A stretch of DNA of 64,000 nucleotides. It comes from Vicugna vicugna (Eukaryota). The notes beneath the pieces are model-generated. The model saw nothing but the letters and a program-made list of their open reading frames with translations, searched no databases and had not been told where the DNA came from. The position numbers and the translations under genes were made by a program. This document shows, piece by piece, positions 12,900 through 26,400 of this stretch; within the stretch, counting starts at the first letter, position 1, and each line of letters begins with the position of its first letter. The stretch spans positions 2,679,370-2,743,369 of the forward strand of contig MU057744.1 of the NCBI GenBank assembly GCA_013265495.1. Direction: 5' to 3'.

Positions 12900-15800
12900 T
12901 CTTTTTTTACTTTTTTTAGATTGACGTATAGTCAGTTTACAATGTTGTGTCAATTTCTGGTGCACAGCACAATGCTTCAGTCATACGTGAACAAACATAT
13001 AATCATTTTCATATTCTTTTTCACCATAAGCTACTGCAAGATATCGAATATAGTTCCTTGTGCTGTACAGTAGAAACTTATTGTACATCTGTTTTATATA
13101 TAGTAGTTAGTATCTACAAATCTTGAACTCCCAGTTTATCCCTTCCCAACACCCTTCCCCCCATAACCGTAAGTTTGTTTTCTATGTCTGTGAGTTGGTT
13201 TCTATTTTGTAGACAAGTTCAATTGTGTCTTTTTTTTTTCCAGATTCCACATATAAGTGATATATCACATGGTATTTTTCTTTATTTGTGGCTTACTTCA
13301 CTTAGAATGATGATCTCCAAATCTGTCCATGTTGCTGCAGATGGCGTTATTTTATTCTTTTCCATGGCTGAGTAGTATTCCATTGTATAAATATACCACA
13401 ACTTATTTGTTCAGTCATCTGTTGATGGACACTCAGGTTGTTTCCATGTCTTGGCTATTGTCAATAGTGCTGCTGTGAACACTGGGGTCGTGTATCTTTT
13501 CAAATTAGAGTTCTTTCTGGATATATACCCAGGAGTGGGATTTCTCGATTATGGGTAAGTCTATTTTTGGCTTTTTGAGGAATCTCCGTACTGTTTTCCT
13601 TAATGGCGGCATCAAACTACATTCCCAGGAGCAGAGAGTTTGCATTTCTCTGATAATTAGTGATACTGAGCATTTTTTCCTTTGCCTGCTGGCCACTTGT
13701 GTGTCTTCACTGAGAATTGCTTGTTTAGGACTTCTGTCCGTTTTTGGATTGGTTTGTTTTCTGTTGTTGTATAAGCTGTTTATGTATTTTGGAAATTAAG
13801 CCCTTGTCAGTTGCATCATTTGCAAATATTTTCTCCCATTCCACAGGTTGTCTTTGTCTTGTTTATGGTTTCCTTTGCTGTGTAAAAGCTGATAAGTTTA
13901 ATTAGGTTCCATTTGTTTATTTTTGCTTTTATTTCTATTGCCTGGATAGACAGCCCTAGTAGAAGATTGCTAAGATTTATATCAGAGAATGTTTTGCCTA
14001 TGTTTTCTTCTAGGGGATTTATAGTGTCTAGTCTTATGTTTAAGTCTTTAAGCCATTTTGAGTTTATTTTTGTGTATGGTATGAGGGAGTGTTCTAACTT
14101 CATTGATTTACATACTGCTGTCCAGTTTTCCCAACCTTTCTTGCTGAAAAGCCTGTCTTTTCTCCACTGTATATTCTTGCCTCCTTTGTCAAAGATTAAT
14201 TGACCATAAGTCTGTGGGTTTATTTCTGGGCTCTCTATTCTGTTCCATTAATCCGTATGGCTGTTTTTGTATCAATACTACCCTGTTTTGATTACTGTAG
14301 CTCTGTAGGATTGTCTGAAGTCTGGGAGAGTTATTTCTCCAGCTTTGTTCTTTTTCTTCAGTATTGCTTTGACAATTCTGGGTCTTTTGTGATTCCATAT
14401 AAATTTTAGGATTATTTGTTCTAGTTCTGTGAAAAATGTCCTGGGTAATTTGATGGGGATCACATTAAATCTGTGGATTACTTTGGGTACTACTGCCATT
14501 TTAACAATATTATTTGTTCCAATCCAACAGCATAGGATATATTTCCATTTTTTTAACTCATCTTTAATTTTCTTATTCAGCATTTTATACTTCTCCATGT
14601 ATAAGTCTTTCACCTCCTAGGTCAGATTTATTCCTAACTATTTTATTTTTTTAAATGATTGTTTCTTTAATTTCCTTTTCTGCTATTTCATTGTTAGTGT
14701 AAAGATATGCAACTGATTTCTGTATGTTAATCTTGTATCCTGCTACCTTGCTAAATTCTTTTATCAGCTTTAGTAGTTTTTGTGTGGAGCTTTTAGGGTT
14801 TTCTATATATAGTATCATGTCATCTGCATGTAGTGACAATTTTACCTCTTTTCTTCCAATTTGGATCCCTTTTATTTCTTTTTCTTGCCCGACTGCTGTG
14901 GCTGGGACTTCCAAGACTATGTTGAATAGAAGTGGTGAGAGAGGGCATCCTTGTCTTATTCTAGATTTTAGCAGGGAAACTTCCAGTTCTTCACTGTTGA
15001 CTATTGTATTGGCTGTGGGTTTGTCATAAATAGCTTTTATTATGTTGAAATATGTTCCTTGTATGTCCTCTTTGGTAAGATTTTTTTTTATTATAAATAG
15101 GTGTTGAATTTTATCAGATGCTTTTTCTGCATCTATTGAAATGATCCTGTGAGTTTTGTCCTTTCTTTTGTTGATGTGTTGTATCACATTGATTAATTTG
15201 CATATGTTGAAACATCCTTATGTCCCTGGGATGAATCCAACTTGATCATAGTGTATGATCTTTCTTCTGTGTTGTTAGAATCTGTTTACTAATATTTTGT
15301 TGAGGATTTTTGCATCTATGTTCATTAACAATATTGGCCTGTAATTTTCTTTTTTGGTAGCGTCTTTGTCTGGTTTTGTTATCAGGGTGATGTTGGCTTC
15401 ATAGAGAATCTGGGAGTACTCCTTCCTCTTCAATCTTTTGGCAGAGTTTATGAAGGATCAGTATAAGTTCTTTGTATGTTTGGTAGAATTCCCCAGTGAA
15501 GTCATCTGGTCCTGGACTTTGGCTTGCAGAAAAGTTTTTTTTGTTACTGATTCTATTTCACTTCTAGTGATTGGTCTGTTCAGATTATCTATTTCTTCTT
15601 GAGTCAGTTTTGATGGACTGTGTGTTTCTAGATACTTGTCCATTTCTTCTAAGTTGTCCAATTTGTTGCCATGTAATTGTTCATAGTATCCTCTCATGGT
15701 GTTTTTTTGTTTGTATTATTTTGTTTTTTGCATTTTTCTGCTGTTTATAATTTCTCGTTTCATCTCTTATTTTGTTTATTTGTGTTCTCACTCGTTTTCT

Positions 15801-16250
15801 TTTGGTGAACTTGGCCAAAGGTTTGTCAATTTTGTTTACTCATTCAAAAAACCAGCTCTTGGTTTGATTGATTTTTTTTGTATTTTTTTTAATCTCTATT
15901 TTATTTCCTCCCTGATTTTGATTATTTCTTTCTAGCTGCTGACTTTAGGTTTTGTTTGTTCTCTTTTTCTAATTTTTTAGGTAGTAGGTTAGATTATTTA
16001 TTTGAGATTGTGCTTGTTTTTTGTTTTTTTTTTTTTGAGGAAGGCCTGTATCACTATGAACTTTCCTCTTAGAATTACTTTTGCTGCATCCCATAGATTT
16101 TGTGTGGTTATGTTTTCATTCATTTGTCTCAAGGTATTTTTTATTCTTCTTTGATTTCATTGTTCACTCATCAGTTTTTTAGTAGCATGTTGTTTAATCT
16201 CCATGAAGCAATTTTTTTCTCTTTTTTTCCCCCTGTGGTCAATTTCTGGT
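12900..16250 (-). mobile_element. 5'-truncated L1 (about 3.3 kb) with frameshifted ORF2 (RT region to C-terminus) and 3'UTR
   Basis: Minus-strand ORF fragments 15458-15697, 14651-15187 ([16 protein letters not shown]...[11 protein letters not shown]), 14278-14613 and 13816-14103. T-rich tail near 12900. Internal deletion near 13637 relative to the copy at about 52280-52390. Confidence 0.95.
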
Positions 16251-16702
16251 TACAAGGAAGAAAACTGCTCTTTTAAGAGTCATGTTGAAAAAACACACAG
16301 TTATTCTAGTTAATGTGAAGGCAATGCCTATGGAGAATAATTTGATTTTGATTGCCTCTAGGTTTGATCTAGGGCACTGGGAGTTTTGGATAAATTACAG
16401 TAATTTTCTTGTAGCAGTGTATGGGTGGTGTGCTCTAGCAAGCTGCATAACTCAAGATGGAAGGAGCACCCCTAGAGAGCTGGTGCAGAAGAGCCTGTGG
16501 GTAGTGGAGGAGCAAGAGACTGGACTTCCAGGACTACTTCTGATAAGGCTTATTATGTGCCTGGAGCAATTGATTTAACTCCACTGGGCATCCATTTTCC
16601 CCCATCAGTTTAAACTGATGAAGTTGAACTGAGGGGCTTACCTTGAATTTTTAGTGCTCAAAAATTCTGTCAATATCATGGAAAAATATTATACATACTT
16701 AA

Positions 16703-16820
16703 TTTTTTTACTGAAGTATAGTCAGTTTACAATATGTCAATTTCTGGTGTACAGCATAATGTTTCAGTCGTACATATACATACATATATATTTGTTTTTA
16801 TATACTTTTTCATTATAGAT
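16703..16820 (-). mobile_element. Short L1 3' tail
   Basis: TTTTTTACTGAAGTATAGTCAGTTTACAATATGTCAATTTCTGGTGTACAGCA is similar to 12915-12970. Confidence 0.8.
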
Positions 16821-19800
16821 TTGAAAAATAATATATATACTTTAAAACTCTTTTATGTAGTCCTTAAAATTCACTCTGATTTACTTGAGGGGTTCCTTTT
16901 ATTATTTGCCCCTCCTTTTATTTCTTCAAGAATCTCAAGAGAAATGTGTCAGCATCTCTTTATCTTACTAAAATTCATTTTCAGTGTACGTAAAAAATAA
17001 TTTCCAAACATTTAAATGCTAAATTTCTGATGGGGGAAATCTTTCTCATAAAATCATACTTACCATTTTTGTTTCTGTAGGAGTCTTCAAAATACTGAAT
17101 AGTGAGTAAGGGGGTGGAGGTGAAGGGAACAATCTGAGTGTATTTGTCAAAGACAGAAGAATTTTAGGTGCTTGGAGTGAATTTGAATTAAACTTTGAAT
17201 TGTCTGGCAAATGTTTATACAATTTAACAGAGGATATGGTTGCAAATAAAATGGGGACCATGCTCATGCAGATAATGGGACATCAAGGCAATTTTGTGTG
17301 TGTGTAAATTTCCCTTTCTTTACCACCAGCAATTAACATGTAAATTGAAAGTATTTCACTTTGACAGAAATAGCATTGCCGTTTGAGTTTTACTACTGAT
17401 TACCTATGTTTAATATTTTATTTACCTATTCATCAGCTTTAAAGTAAACAACAAAAATTGTATGATTTCCATGTTCATTGAAAATCAGCTGTATTACTTT
17501 TACAAAGGGAGGATTGATTTGGCTTTGTCCTATTTAAAGGAACCATTGTATTTGGTTGATAAGTTTTCCTTGTGTTTTTCACGATCACATTATTTGCATG
17601 TTGTTTTCATTTATTTGCAAGGATCCTGGTTAACTTCTCATGAATATAATGCTGAGTGTTCTCTTTATAGCATCAAGCAAATGACTCAGTCCACAGTCCA
17701 GGGCTGACTTTTTGTCTTTCTTCACGTACATAGGGTGCTGTTACCTCTTTCTGAATTATTGAAAGCCATACTGGTTCAGAACTTTTCTCCGGGTTTTGCC
17801 AGCCTCTTATAGAAAGGAAACTCCAGTTTGGAAAAATGGGGTAAAGAACTGAAAACACTTTCACAGAAGAGACAGATAAGCAGACATGCTTATTCGCTAG
17901 TATTTCACAGCATGGCACTGCCTCTTGGGGAAAGTAGTTCCTGCACTCATCACACTGTCAACCATCTCATACCAGTGATGGACATCCTGAATATTTGTGC
18001 AGTGAGAAGATCTGGATTTCTTTTAGGTTTCAGGACCAACTTAACAAATCAAAGCAAAATAAATAATGCTCTTCAGTCAGATAATGCATCTCTGCATCTT
18101 TCATACGTCCATAAATAACATTTCTCTGGGTAGCTCCAAATCCCTGTGCTATCTCCAGCCCTTTGGGCTTTGGCTATCATGCTTCTAATAACCAGCCACC
18201 ATTTTTACTTTGCTTGTTTTCTTTAAAAACAATTTTTCTTGAAATACAATAAATATCCAAAAAGTTTTACAGCTTAGTGACATTTTCAAAAATTGCCCAC
18301 ATCTTTATAAACAACATTCAGATAAAGAAACAGAACGTGGCGCTACCCTTGTTTAGTGACTTTCCCTGCCAAGAGCAACTACTGTCCTGATTCCAACAGC
18401 ATAGAATGGTTTTGCTTATTTTTGAAATTACTGTAAATAGAATTATACTCTAGGTACTCCTTTTCTGTCTTTACGTTTATGATGTTTATTCATTTTATTG
18501 CATATAGTTGCACTTTGTTCATTCTCAGCGTTTTACGGAAGTTCAAGGTCTGATTTTACTATAGATTATTTTTTCAATTGTTGACAAGTATTTATTGAGT
18601 TTCTAGTTTTTTTGTTTTTATAAATAGAGAGCATTACAAATACAAGAACATTTCTGTGCATGTATTCTGGTGTATGTGAGTGTATGTCTGTCGGAGGTAT
18701 GCCTCGGGGTGGAATTGCAGGGTCACGGGCACTGCATATATTTAGTCATTGTTAAAGAGTTTTCCAAAGCTATATACACACAGTCTGCGACGTGAGTCAT
18801 AGTTTTACTGTGTTCTCACCGAAACTGGTGTACATTTTCTTCTTTTTCTCCTTTTGCTTCATCTTCTTTTGAAATTTTATCCATCCTAATGGGAATGTAT
18901 TTGTATAGCTTTGTGGTTTTTGCTTTTTCCTAATGTCTAATGAGATGAAGCACATTTTATATGTATTTCGGCCATTGGAATATACTCATATGAAATTTTT
19001 GAACAAGTTTTTTGCACAGATTTTAATTTTATTTAGACTTTTTCTTACAGTTTGCAAAAATTCTTTATGTATTGTGAACACAAGTCTTTTGTCAGATATC
19101 TCAAATATCTTCTCCCACTCTATAGCATGCATTTTTCTCTCAGTTAATCAAAGTCTTAAACTATAATATGTTTTGATTCATCAAATTTTAAATTATTTGT
19201 GATTATTTACTTTCCCATTCTATTTAAAAAGAAATTTTTGCCTCCTTTAAAGTCTCAAAGATATTTTCTATTTTCTTCTGAATATTTTGCTGTTTCACCT
19301 TTTTCAATTAGATATACAATGGTCATGGCATTAATTTTGGTGTGTACTGTGAATTTCTTATCAAAATCCAGTTGTTTTCGAAACAGATATTTAATTGACA
19401 CATCATCATTTATTTAAAAAAAATCCTCCCTGCACTGCAGTGTCATCTTTGTCAGAGTATCCATACATGTATGTGGTTGCTCTCTTTTTTGAAAATAAAA
19501 AGCTCAGGTAAACTAAGAAGGATAGAGTGGTTTGGTAAGTGTGTGTGGAGGAGGAGTGTGTGTGTGTGTGTGTGTGCGCTTGTTTTAGTTCCACTGAGAT
19601 ACAATTTACTGCCACAAAATCCACTGGTATTATGTGCACAGTGATGGAGTTTTCTAATTGTATACAATCGTAAGACCGCCATCAAAGTCAAGATACAGGA
19701 AAGTTCTTTCTGTCACTATGAAAAGTTTCCTTGTGACCTTTCTCAGTCAGTTCTCTCTGGTCCACTGGCCACAGGCAACCACTGATCTGCTTTCTGTCAC

Positions 19801-20099
19801 CCCAGTTTCGCACTTTCAGTATAAACATGTGCCTACTGTATGACGTTCTTAGCATTAGACTTGCTCCTCTAGCATGTTCCTGAGGTTCATTCCTGCCGTT
19901 GTGTCGGTGAGTGTTCGGGGATTTTTACTGTTGGGTGGTACTTGATAATGTGAACATGCCACACATTGCCTGTACATTTACCAGTTTATGGATGACTGGG
20001 TTGCTTCCCATTTTGCATTAATATGACTAGTGCTGCTGTGAATATCAGTAAGTAAGTTTTGTGTAGACATGTTTTCTTGCCTTTCTCTTGGGTAATATT

Positions 20100-20300
20100 T
20101 CTTATGAAACATTGTAATGGGATGTTCTGAGATCATGGAAATGTTCCTATAGCCCCATGTGCAATATGGTAGCCACTAGGCACATGTGTCTATTTGGAAT
20201 TTGAAATGTAAGTAGTTTGACTGAGAAACTTAGTTTATATATTATTTAATTAATTTAAATTTAAATAGCCACATGTTGCTAGTGGCTATTGTAGTGCACA
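20100..20300. mobile_element. MER3-like hAT-Charlie MITE
   Basis: AATATGGTAGCCACTAGGCACATGTG...TTAAATTTAAATAGCCACATGTTGCTAGTGGCTA shows the internal inverted repeats typical of MER3. Confidence 0.75.
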
Positions 20301-20739
20301 ATCCCATGAGTGCGCTGACTAGGTCAAATGGTAAATGTATGTTCAGTTTTATGGTATGTTGACACAGCAGTTTCCAAAGTGGTTGTACCATTTCTCATTC
20401 TCACTAGCAGTGGATGATAGTTCTGATTTCTCCACATTCTTGTCAACACTTGGTAACGAAAATTCTTGCAGCCTTAGCTATCCTAGTGGGTAGTTTTAGA
20501 ATGTATTTAGTGAGGAGCAGTTTGGTCCATCTTTTCATGTGTTTAGTAGCTGTTGTGGATCTTCTTTTGAACTGTCTGTGCAAACATGGTGCCTGTTTTC
20601 ACTGGATCGTCTGTCTTGTTATTGAGTTGTAACAGCTCTTCCTTCTGGATGCAAGCGCTTGGTCAGGCTTACGCTTTGCAGCTATTTTCTTCCAAATGTA
20701 GCCTGTCTTTTAGTTAACTTAAAGGTGTCTTTTAAAGAG

Positions 20740-21043
20740 TATGACAGTTAATTTTATGTGTCACCTTGGCTAAGCTACAGTACCCTGATATTTCAAACAT
20801 TATTCTGGATATTTCTGTGAATGCATTTTGGGGGGATTAGATTGACACGTAAATCGGTGGACAAAAGCCTTGAATCAACTCTTCCCCGGCTCTCAGGTCT
20901 GCTGGCCTACCCTGCAGACTTCGGCCTTGCCATGTCCTCATGAGCACAGGAGCTGAATCCCTAGACAAATCTCATCTGCCACGTATCTATGTCTGTGACC
21001 TATCCTTGTCCTGTTGCTTCCGCTTCTCTAGAAAACTAATACA
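20740..21043 (+). mobile_element. Internally deleted MLT2 (ERVL) solo LTR
   Basis: TATGACAGTTAATTTTATGTGTCACCTTGGCTAAGC...AAAACTAATACA. 5-bp TSD AAGAG/TAGAG with one mismatch. Confidence 0.75.
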
Positions 21044-21399
21044 TAGAGGAAACGTTTCCAATTTTGACAAAGTTCACTTTGTCTGTTGGCTTATTCTTTT
21101 ATGGAGCGTGTATGTTCTGCTTAAGAAGTATCTCCTCACCCAGCGTCACAAAGATTTTCTCCTTTGTCATCTTCTGGTGCAGTTTTAGCTCTCATATTTA
21201 GGTTTACGATTCATTTTGAGTTGTTTTATTTCTGATGTGAGGTTAGGGTTATTATTATTTTCCACATGCATAGCCTATTCTAATACTATTTGTTGTAAAG
21301 GCTATGTTTACTCATTACGTTACATTTATACCTTTGGAGAAAATCCATTTACCATGTAACTATGGGTTTATTCTTGCTTGACCTTATTCTGTCCCAATG

Positions 21400-21514
21400 A
21401 TATATATATATATATATACACACACACATACACACACACATATATACACACACACACACATACATATACACACATACACATTTTATGCATGATAGGTATT
21501 TATGTCACCTTCTT

Positions 21515-21555
<41 letters not shown>

Positions 21556-21565
21556 ATATATATAA
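21400..21565. repeat. Compound (TA)n/(CA)n ... (TA)n/(TG)n microsatellite with a 39-bp non-microsatellite core
   Basis: Read directly from the sequence. Confidence 0.9.
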
Positions 21566-23139
21566 TTTCTCTCCTGATACCAATACTGCACTGACTTGAT
21601 TAATGTAGCTTTACTATAACCTGAAATTAGGGAATGTAAGTTCTTCAATTGCATGGACTATATGATCAATGTGGGGAGTACTGCTCTTTTAGCAATATTG
21701 AATCTTCCAAAACATGCAAGAGTTTATCATTCTCATTGTATTTATCTTGCATTTTTCAATAATTTACTCCTAAGTATGTTGATGTTATTATAAATGGAAC
21801 TGTTTATAAAACAGTTATTCAAATAATTTCATTTTCTAATTGTTCATTGCCAGTGTATATGAATACAAATTATTTTTGTACTTCGATCTCATGTCCTGTG
21901 AGCTTCCCAAACTTACTTTTTAATTCTAGTAATTATGATTTTAGGTAGATTTGTTAAGGATTTCTACATATTTCAGCATGTCACTTCACGTTGATTTGTA
22001 TTTCTCCCTTCCCTGTTTTTATGCCTTCTTCCCTTGCATTACTGTGCTGGTTAGCCTCTTCAGTACAATATTGCGGAGACCTGTTGAAAGCAGACATCCT
22101 TGCCTTCTTCTTGGTCATAGCTGGAAAGCACCAGGCCCTTTGATGGTGTGACGTCAGTTGTACATTTCATCACAGATGCCGTTAGTCAGGTCATGTTCCC
22201 TTAATTCCTGGTTTCCTGAGAGGTTTAATCATAAAGGGGAGTCGAATTTTGTCAAATGCTTTTTATCTTGCATCTATTGCAATGGTTATGTGTTTTCTTC
22301 TTATTCCAGTAACATGGTGAATTACAATGATGGAAATTAGATGTGATAGAAACTTTAATTTCTGAAATAAGCCTTACATGGTCATGAAATACTTTGCTTT
22401 TACATATTGTATAATCTGATTTTCTAAATTTTTTAAATGTTATTTTTAATCTGTCTTCTTGAGGAATAATCATATGTAGCTTCCCGTTCTTACGCCTTTG
22501 ACTGGTTTTCGCATCGTGATAGTAATGCTCTCATAAAATAAGCTCTGAGGAATTCCCTCTTCTATTTTCTGAAAGTTTGTGTTAAAATGGTAATAATTCT
22601 GCTTAAAATATTTGAAAGAACACACCAGTACAAGCGCATCCAAATTTGCTTTGAGGAGGTATTACAATTTGAATTGAATATTTTTAATTAACTCAGGGCT
22701 TTTTAAGTTTTCTGTTTTCTTTTTAGGTCAATTTTGGTCATTTTTGCCATTCAAGAAGTATATCCATTGAATCTACATTGTCAGATTTATTGGTGCTACG
22801 TTGTTCGTGATCCTTCCTAATTATCATTTTATGCATGATAGGTATTTGTGTCAACTTCTTTATTCCTAATGTTGCCAGTTTTTCTTTTTATTTTCTTTTT
22901 AATTTTAAGGTTAGTCTTGCTAGAGGCTTATCAATTTCAGAGAACTTTTTAAAGAACCAGTTTTTGGTTCATTGATTTTTCTCTGTTTTCTACTTTCTGT
23001 TTAATGGAACTCTGCTTTTATCTTTATTTTTCCTTCCTTCAACATATTTTGGGCATACTGGAGTCTCTTCTTCTAACTTTTAGGGTGGACAGGAGATCAT
23101 TAATTTTCATTTTTTTCCCCGTTTGAGAAGACTAAGCCC

Positions 23140-23411
23140 GAGAGCTCTGTCCTTGTGCAGGTGGGAGGCTCCCTACCAGGACTGCCTCTGCTCAGCCACC
23201 GCCCCGGCCCCAGCCCCCACGCACAGGAGAGAGACAGGCCAGCACTCTGCACCTGCTGTGGGGGTCTTCCCTGCTTCTGCAAGACCTCAGTTACACAAGT
23301 AATAAACCTCCTCAGAACCTTTTGGTGTGTGCACTTGTGGCCTCATCCGTCTTGACATTTGGCCCAGGTTTGGGGTTGGGGTTCATCTGCTTCTGAAGGA
23401 GGCCATGATGG
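23140..23411 (+). mobile_element. ERVL-type LTR 3' fragment (MER73/MER74-like)
   Basis: AATAAACC...GTGGCCTCATCCGTCTTGACATTTGGCCCAGGTTTGGGGTTGGGGTTCATCTGCTTCTG. Confidence 0.5.
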
Positions 23412-26400
23412 CTCTGGGTTTAGTCACTCTGCATGGTGTGTGTCTCCTATATGCTCTCTCATCTTACCTCTCTTTGTATTGAAAGTGTGACTCCTGTAGA
23501 CATCCTATAGTTGGGACTAATTTCTAAAGCCATTCTGACAACCTCTGCCTTTTAGTTGTTACCCATTTCAGCTCAGATAACTTTTCACATGTTTGACTTT
23601 GGGCCTATCCTTTCGTTATTTGTTGTCTATGTATCTCTTCTTTTTTTGTTGTTTCTCATTTCTCATTTACTGGCTTTTGTTGGATTATTTATTTTCAGAA
23701 TTCTATATTGAATTTTCTATTGGCTTTTTAGCTACAATTATTTTTAAGAGCCTACTCTCCATAAAATATATGCCCTTAATTTTTCAGTCAAACTATTATT
23801 AATAATACATCAGTTCATATAAAATATAAAAACCTTCTCACCAAACAGGCCCTTGACTCGCCCTGATTTTTCTTGTCATTATCATTACATGTATCATCTC
23901 TACATAGATTATAAACCCTGTAAGAAAATGCTATAATTTTTGCTTGAAATAGTTAAGTGAATTACAGAAATGAAGAAGTATAAACAAAGTAAAAAACGTT
24001 TAAAACCATTTTTCCTTGGACATGTAGCCTTTTGAGTATTCTTCATTCTACTCTGTGGATGTGAGTTTCTATCTGATGTCCTCTCCCTTCATCCAGAAGA
24101 ACTTCCTTTATCACATCATATAAAGCAGCTCTCCTGGCAAAGAATTTTGTCAGTTTTCTTTTATCTGAAAATTTCTTTATATTTGCTTTTTTTGAAGACT
24201 GTTTTCACTAAGATACAGAATCCAGGGTGGATTTCTTTTCTCCTGGTGTTTTATACTTGTTGTTCTACTCTGCTCCGACCTCCGTGGCTTCGTATGAGAA
24301 ATGAGCTACTCATTTGCTCATCGTTCGACTGTTTGTAATGTTTCATTTTTCTCCTTGCTGCCTACAAGACCTTCCCTTTATTTTGACTTTCAAAGGCTGA
24401 ACAGTAGGAAAGTCTGAGGAGCCGGGCAGGTGCAGCCACTGCAGATGGAGCAAAGCGGGGACACTGCAGAGAGGACTATGGGACTGCTGTCTCTGTGCGT
24501 GGGCGTCCCAGGGCCTGGGCGGACCGGGGCGCTCTCTTCAATAGAGCTAGAAGGTGCAAAGACGAAATGCGCAGGGAACGGAGAGGAGAGTGTATTTCGA
24601 GGCCTGGTGGACACATCCGATTTTGTCATCCTGTCTGAGCCCCCGTGACTGTTTTGAGAGCAGTGATTCTATTCTCCAGAACTCACTCAGGATCAGTGAG
24701 GAGCAGTGAAAGCTTTGAAGCACACAGAGACGGTTTTCGTAGGTACTGCTCTGCTCAGCCATGGAGGATGGCTTCCAAGGGGCTGGGAGGGCTCGTCACA
24801 GCCATGCAGGCAAAGCTGGTCACTCCTCGGACAGGGGACGCAGCGGCATGGCTGGTGTGAGGAAAACGTTCCCCTTGTGGGTAGAGCCAAAAGAGCCTGG
24901 CGGTAGATCAGACGTGCAGGAAAACTGGGGGAGATGAGCCAAAGGTGACCAGAATAAATGAGGAGGTGGTGGGGATGGGAGTGTTGAAGACGGAGCTGGC
25001 CGGGAGATGGAGGAAAGGGAGAACTGACCGGGGGCATCAAGGCTGGTGTCCCAGCCACATGGAGAGGTTCACCAGGAAGCTGGCACTTGACCCAGGATCT
25101 CAGGGCACTGTGCTGAGATGCAGATCTGGACTGACGGAGATCGAAAGTATGGATGTGGCGATAATGAGAACAGAGCCCTGGGCTAGAACCCATGGAATGT
25201 GGGGGGGCTCGCCTGTCACACAGCACTGTTTGTCTGTTGTTGGTCATAGTAATGATTCGGAAATGAAACTGACTGTTTGTTGCTGTGATTAAGAACATAA
25301 TGCAATACGGAGGTTCACCTTTCCTTGGGTTTGTAATATCTGTTCTACTTTTTATTTCATTCCAATAAAAATTATGTAAAGCATCTCATTAATAAGCTAT
25401 GCACTGCACGTTTCGCTGCTCTTAGTGACCATCAACCTAGCACCCAGACAGATGACCCCTCAGGAATTCTCTCTGGGCCTTTCTTACTGTATGTTTTCTA
25501 TTTACGATACAAATTGGACTTGACAGTTTCTCCCCAGCTGCAATCTTACTTGAAATTGCTAAAGTGGAAAAGAGAGACAGCATAAAAATACAGATGACTA
25601 GCTGCTTGGACAGCTAGGGTTTTTGACTTCCACACACTGGTGAACTGGGTGGTAAACAGTATTAACCGTCATGTCCAGTTAGATGCTTACTAAATATAGA
25701 TAATCTTATTTAATTATTTAACAGTTAATTGTTTCAATTTGTGCTTCATTGAAATGAAGGTGGTATCAGACTTCATAAATGCCGCTGCCAGTGACTGTCC
25801 CTTATACAGTTGCTTAAAGAGGTTTTTATTTGTATCTTGTAAATAAATGGCAATTACAGATCAAACTTCAAAGAGACGCAGTTACTAGGACGCACTAAAT
25901 TAAATGCCAGTTTTCTCTCTGCAGGATTGTCCTGGGAATGTCATTATGCTGTGGTACTCTGTCTTTTGCCTTTTAAAAACTAATCATTTAGTTATGAAAA
26001 AAGTCTCAGTCACAACCATCCAGTGACTTTGTCTGCTTTTGTAGCATCCCTGTGTAAAAAGTAATATTCAGAGAAACAGATTAATTCAGATACCACATAG
26101 CATAGTTACCGCTAGGTAGCACGTTATCACTGGCAGACTCGTTCAGGACTTAACTGTGAAGTCAGCCTTCATCACAATACAAAACGCCGTTGTCATCAGA
26201 GTTTGTGTAGGACACAAGCCTGCGTCACCCGCAGTCCCCTGCGGGAGGGGCTGTCACGTTCCCGTGGGTGTGGTGCCCTGTGGACGCTCTTTCTTTGGCT
26301 GTTTCAACACCCTGGACTAGCACAGGTGTAGAGAACAGAGGACTTCGGCTTGGTCTGCACATGGTTGACATTTCTCCCCCTTCACCGGTGACCGCAGACC

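Larger units (their letters stand above)
18230..24400 (-). mobile_element. Block of old, fragmented L1M elements with nested insertions
   Basis: Continuous degenerate antisense L1 3'UTR/ORF2 motifs such as GTTTCCAAAGTGGTTGTACCATT, GAAAGCAGACATCCTTGCCTT and GAATTTTGTCAAATGCTTTTT. Boundaries are approximate. Confidence 0.7.

Noticed and set aside
14651..15187. Reverse-transcriptase-like ORF as a novel RT system
   Set aside because: It is a frameshifted fragment of an ordinary, non-functional L1 ORF2 (QGCPLSP, HADD variant of FADD).
24693..25298. 201-aa minus-strand ORF
   Set aside because: No recognisable domain or splice structure. The region looks like degenerate L2-type sequence, so this is probably a chance ORF.
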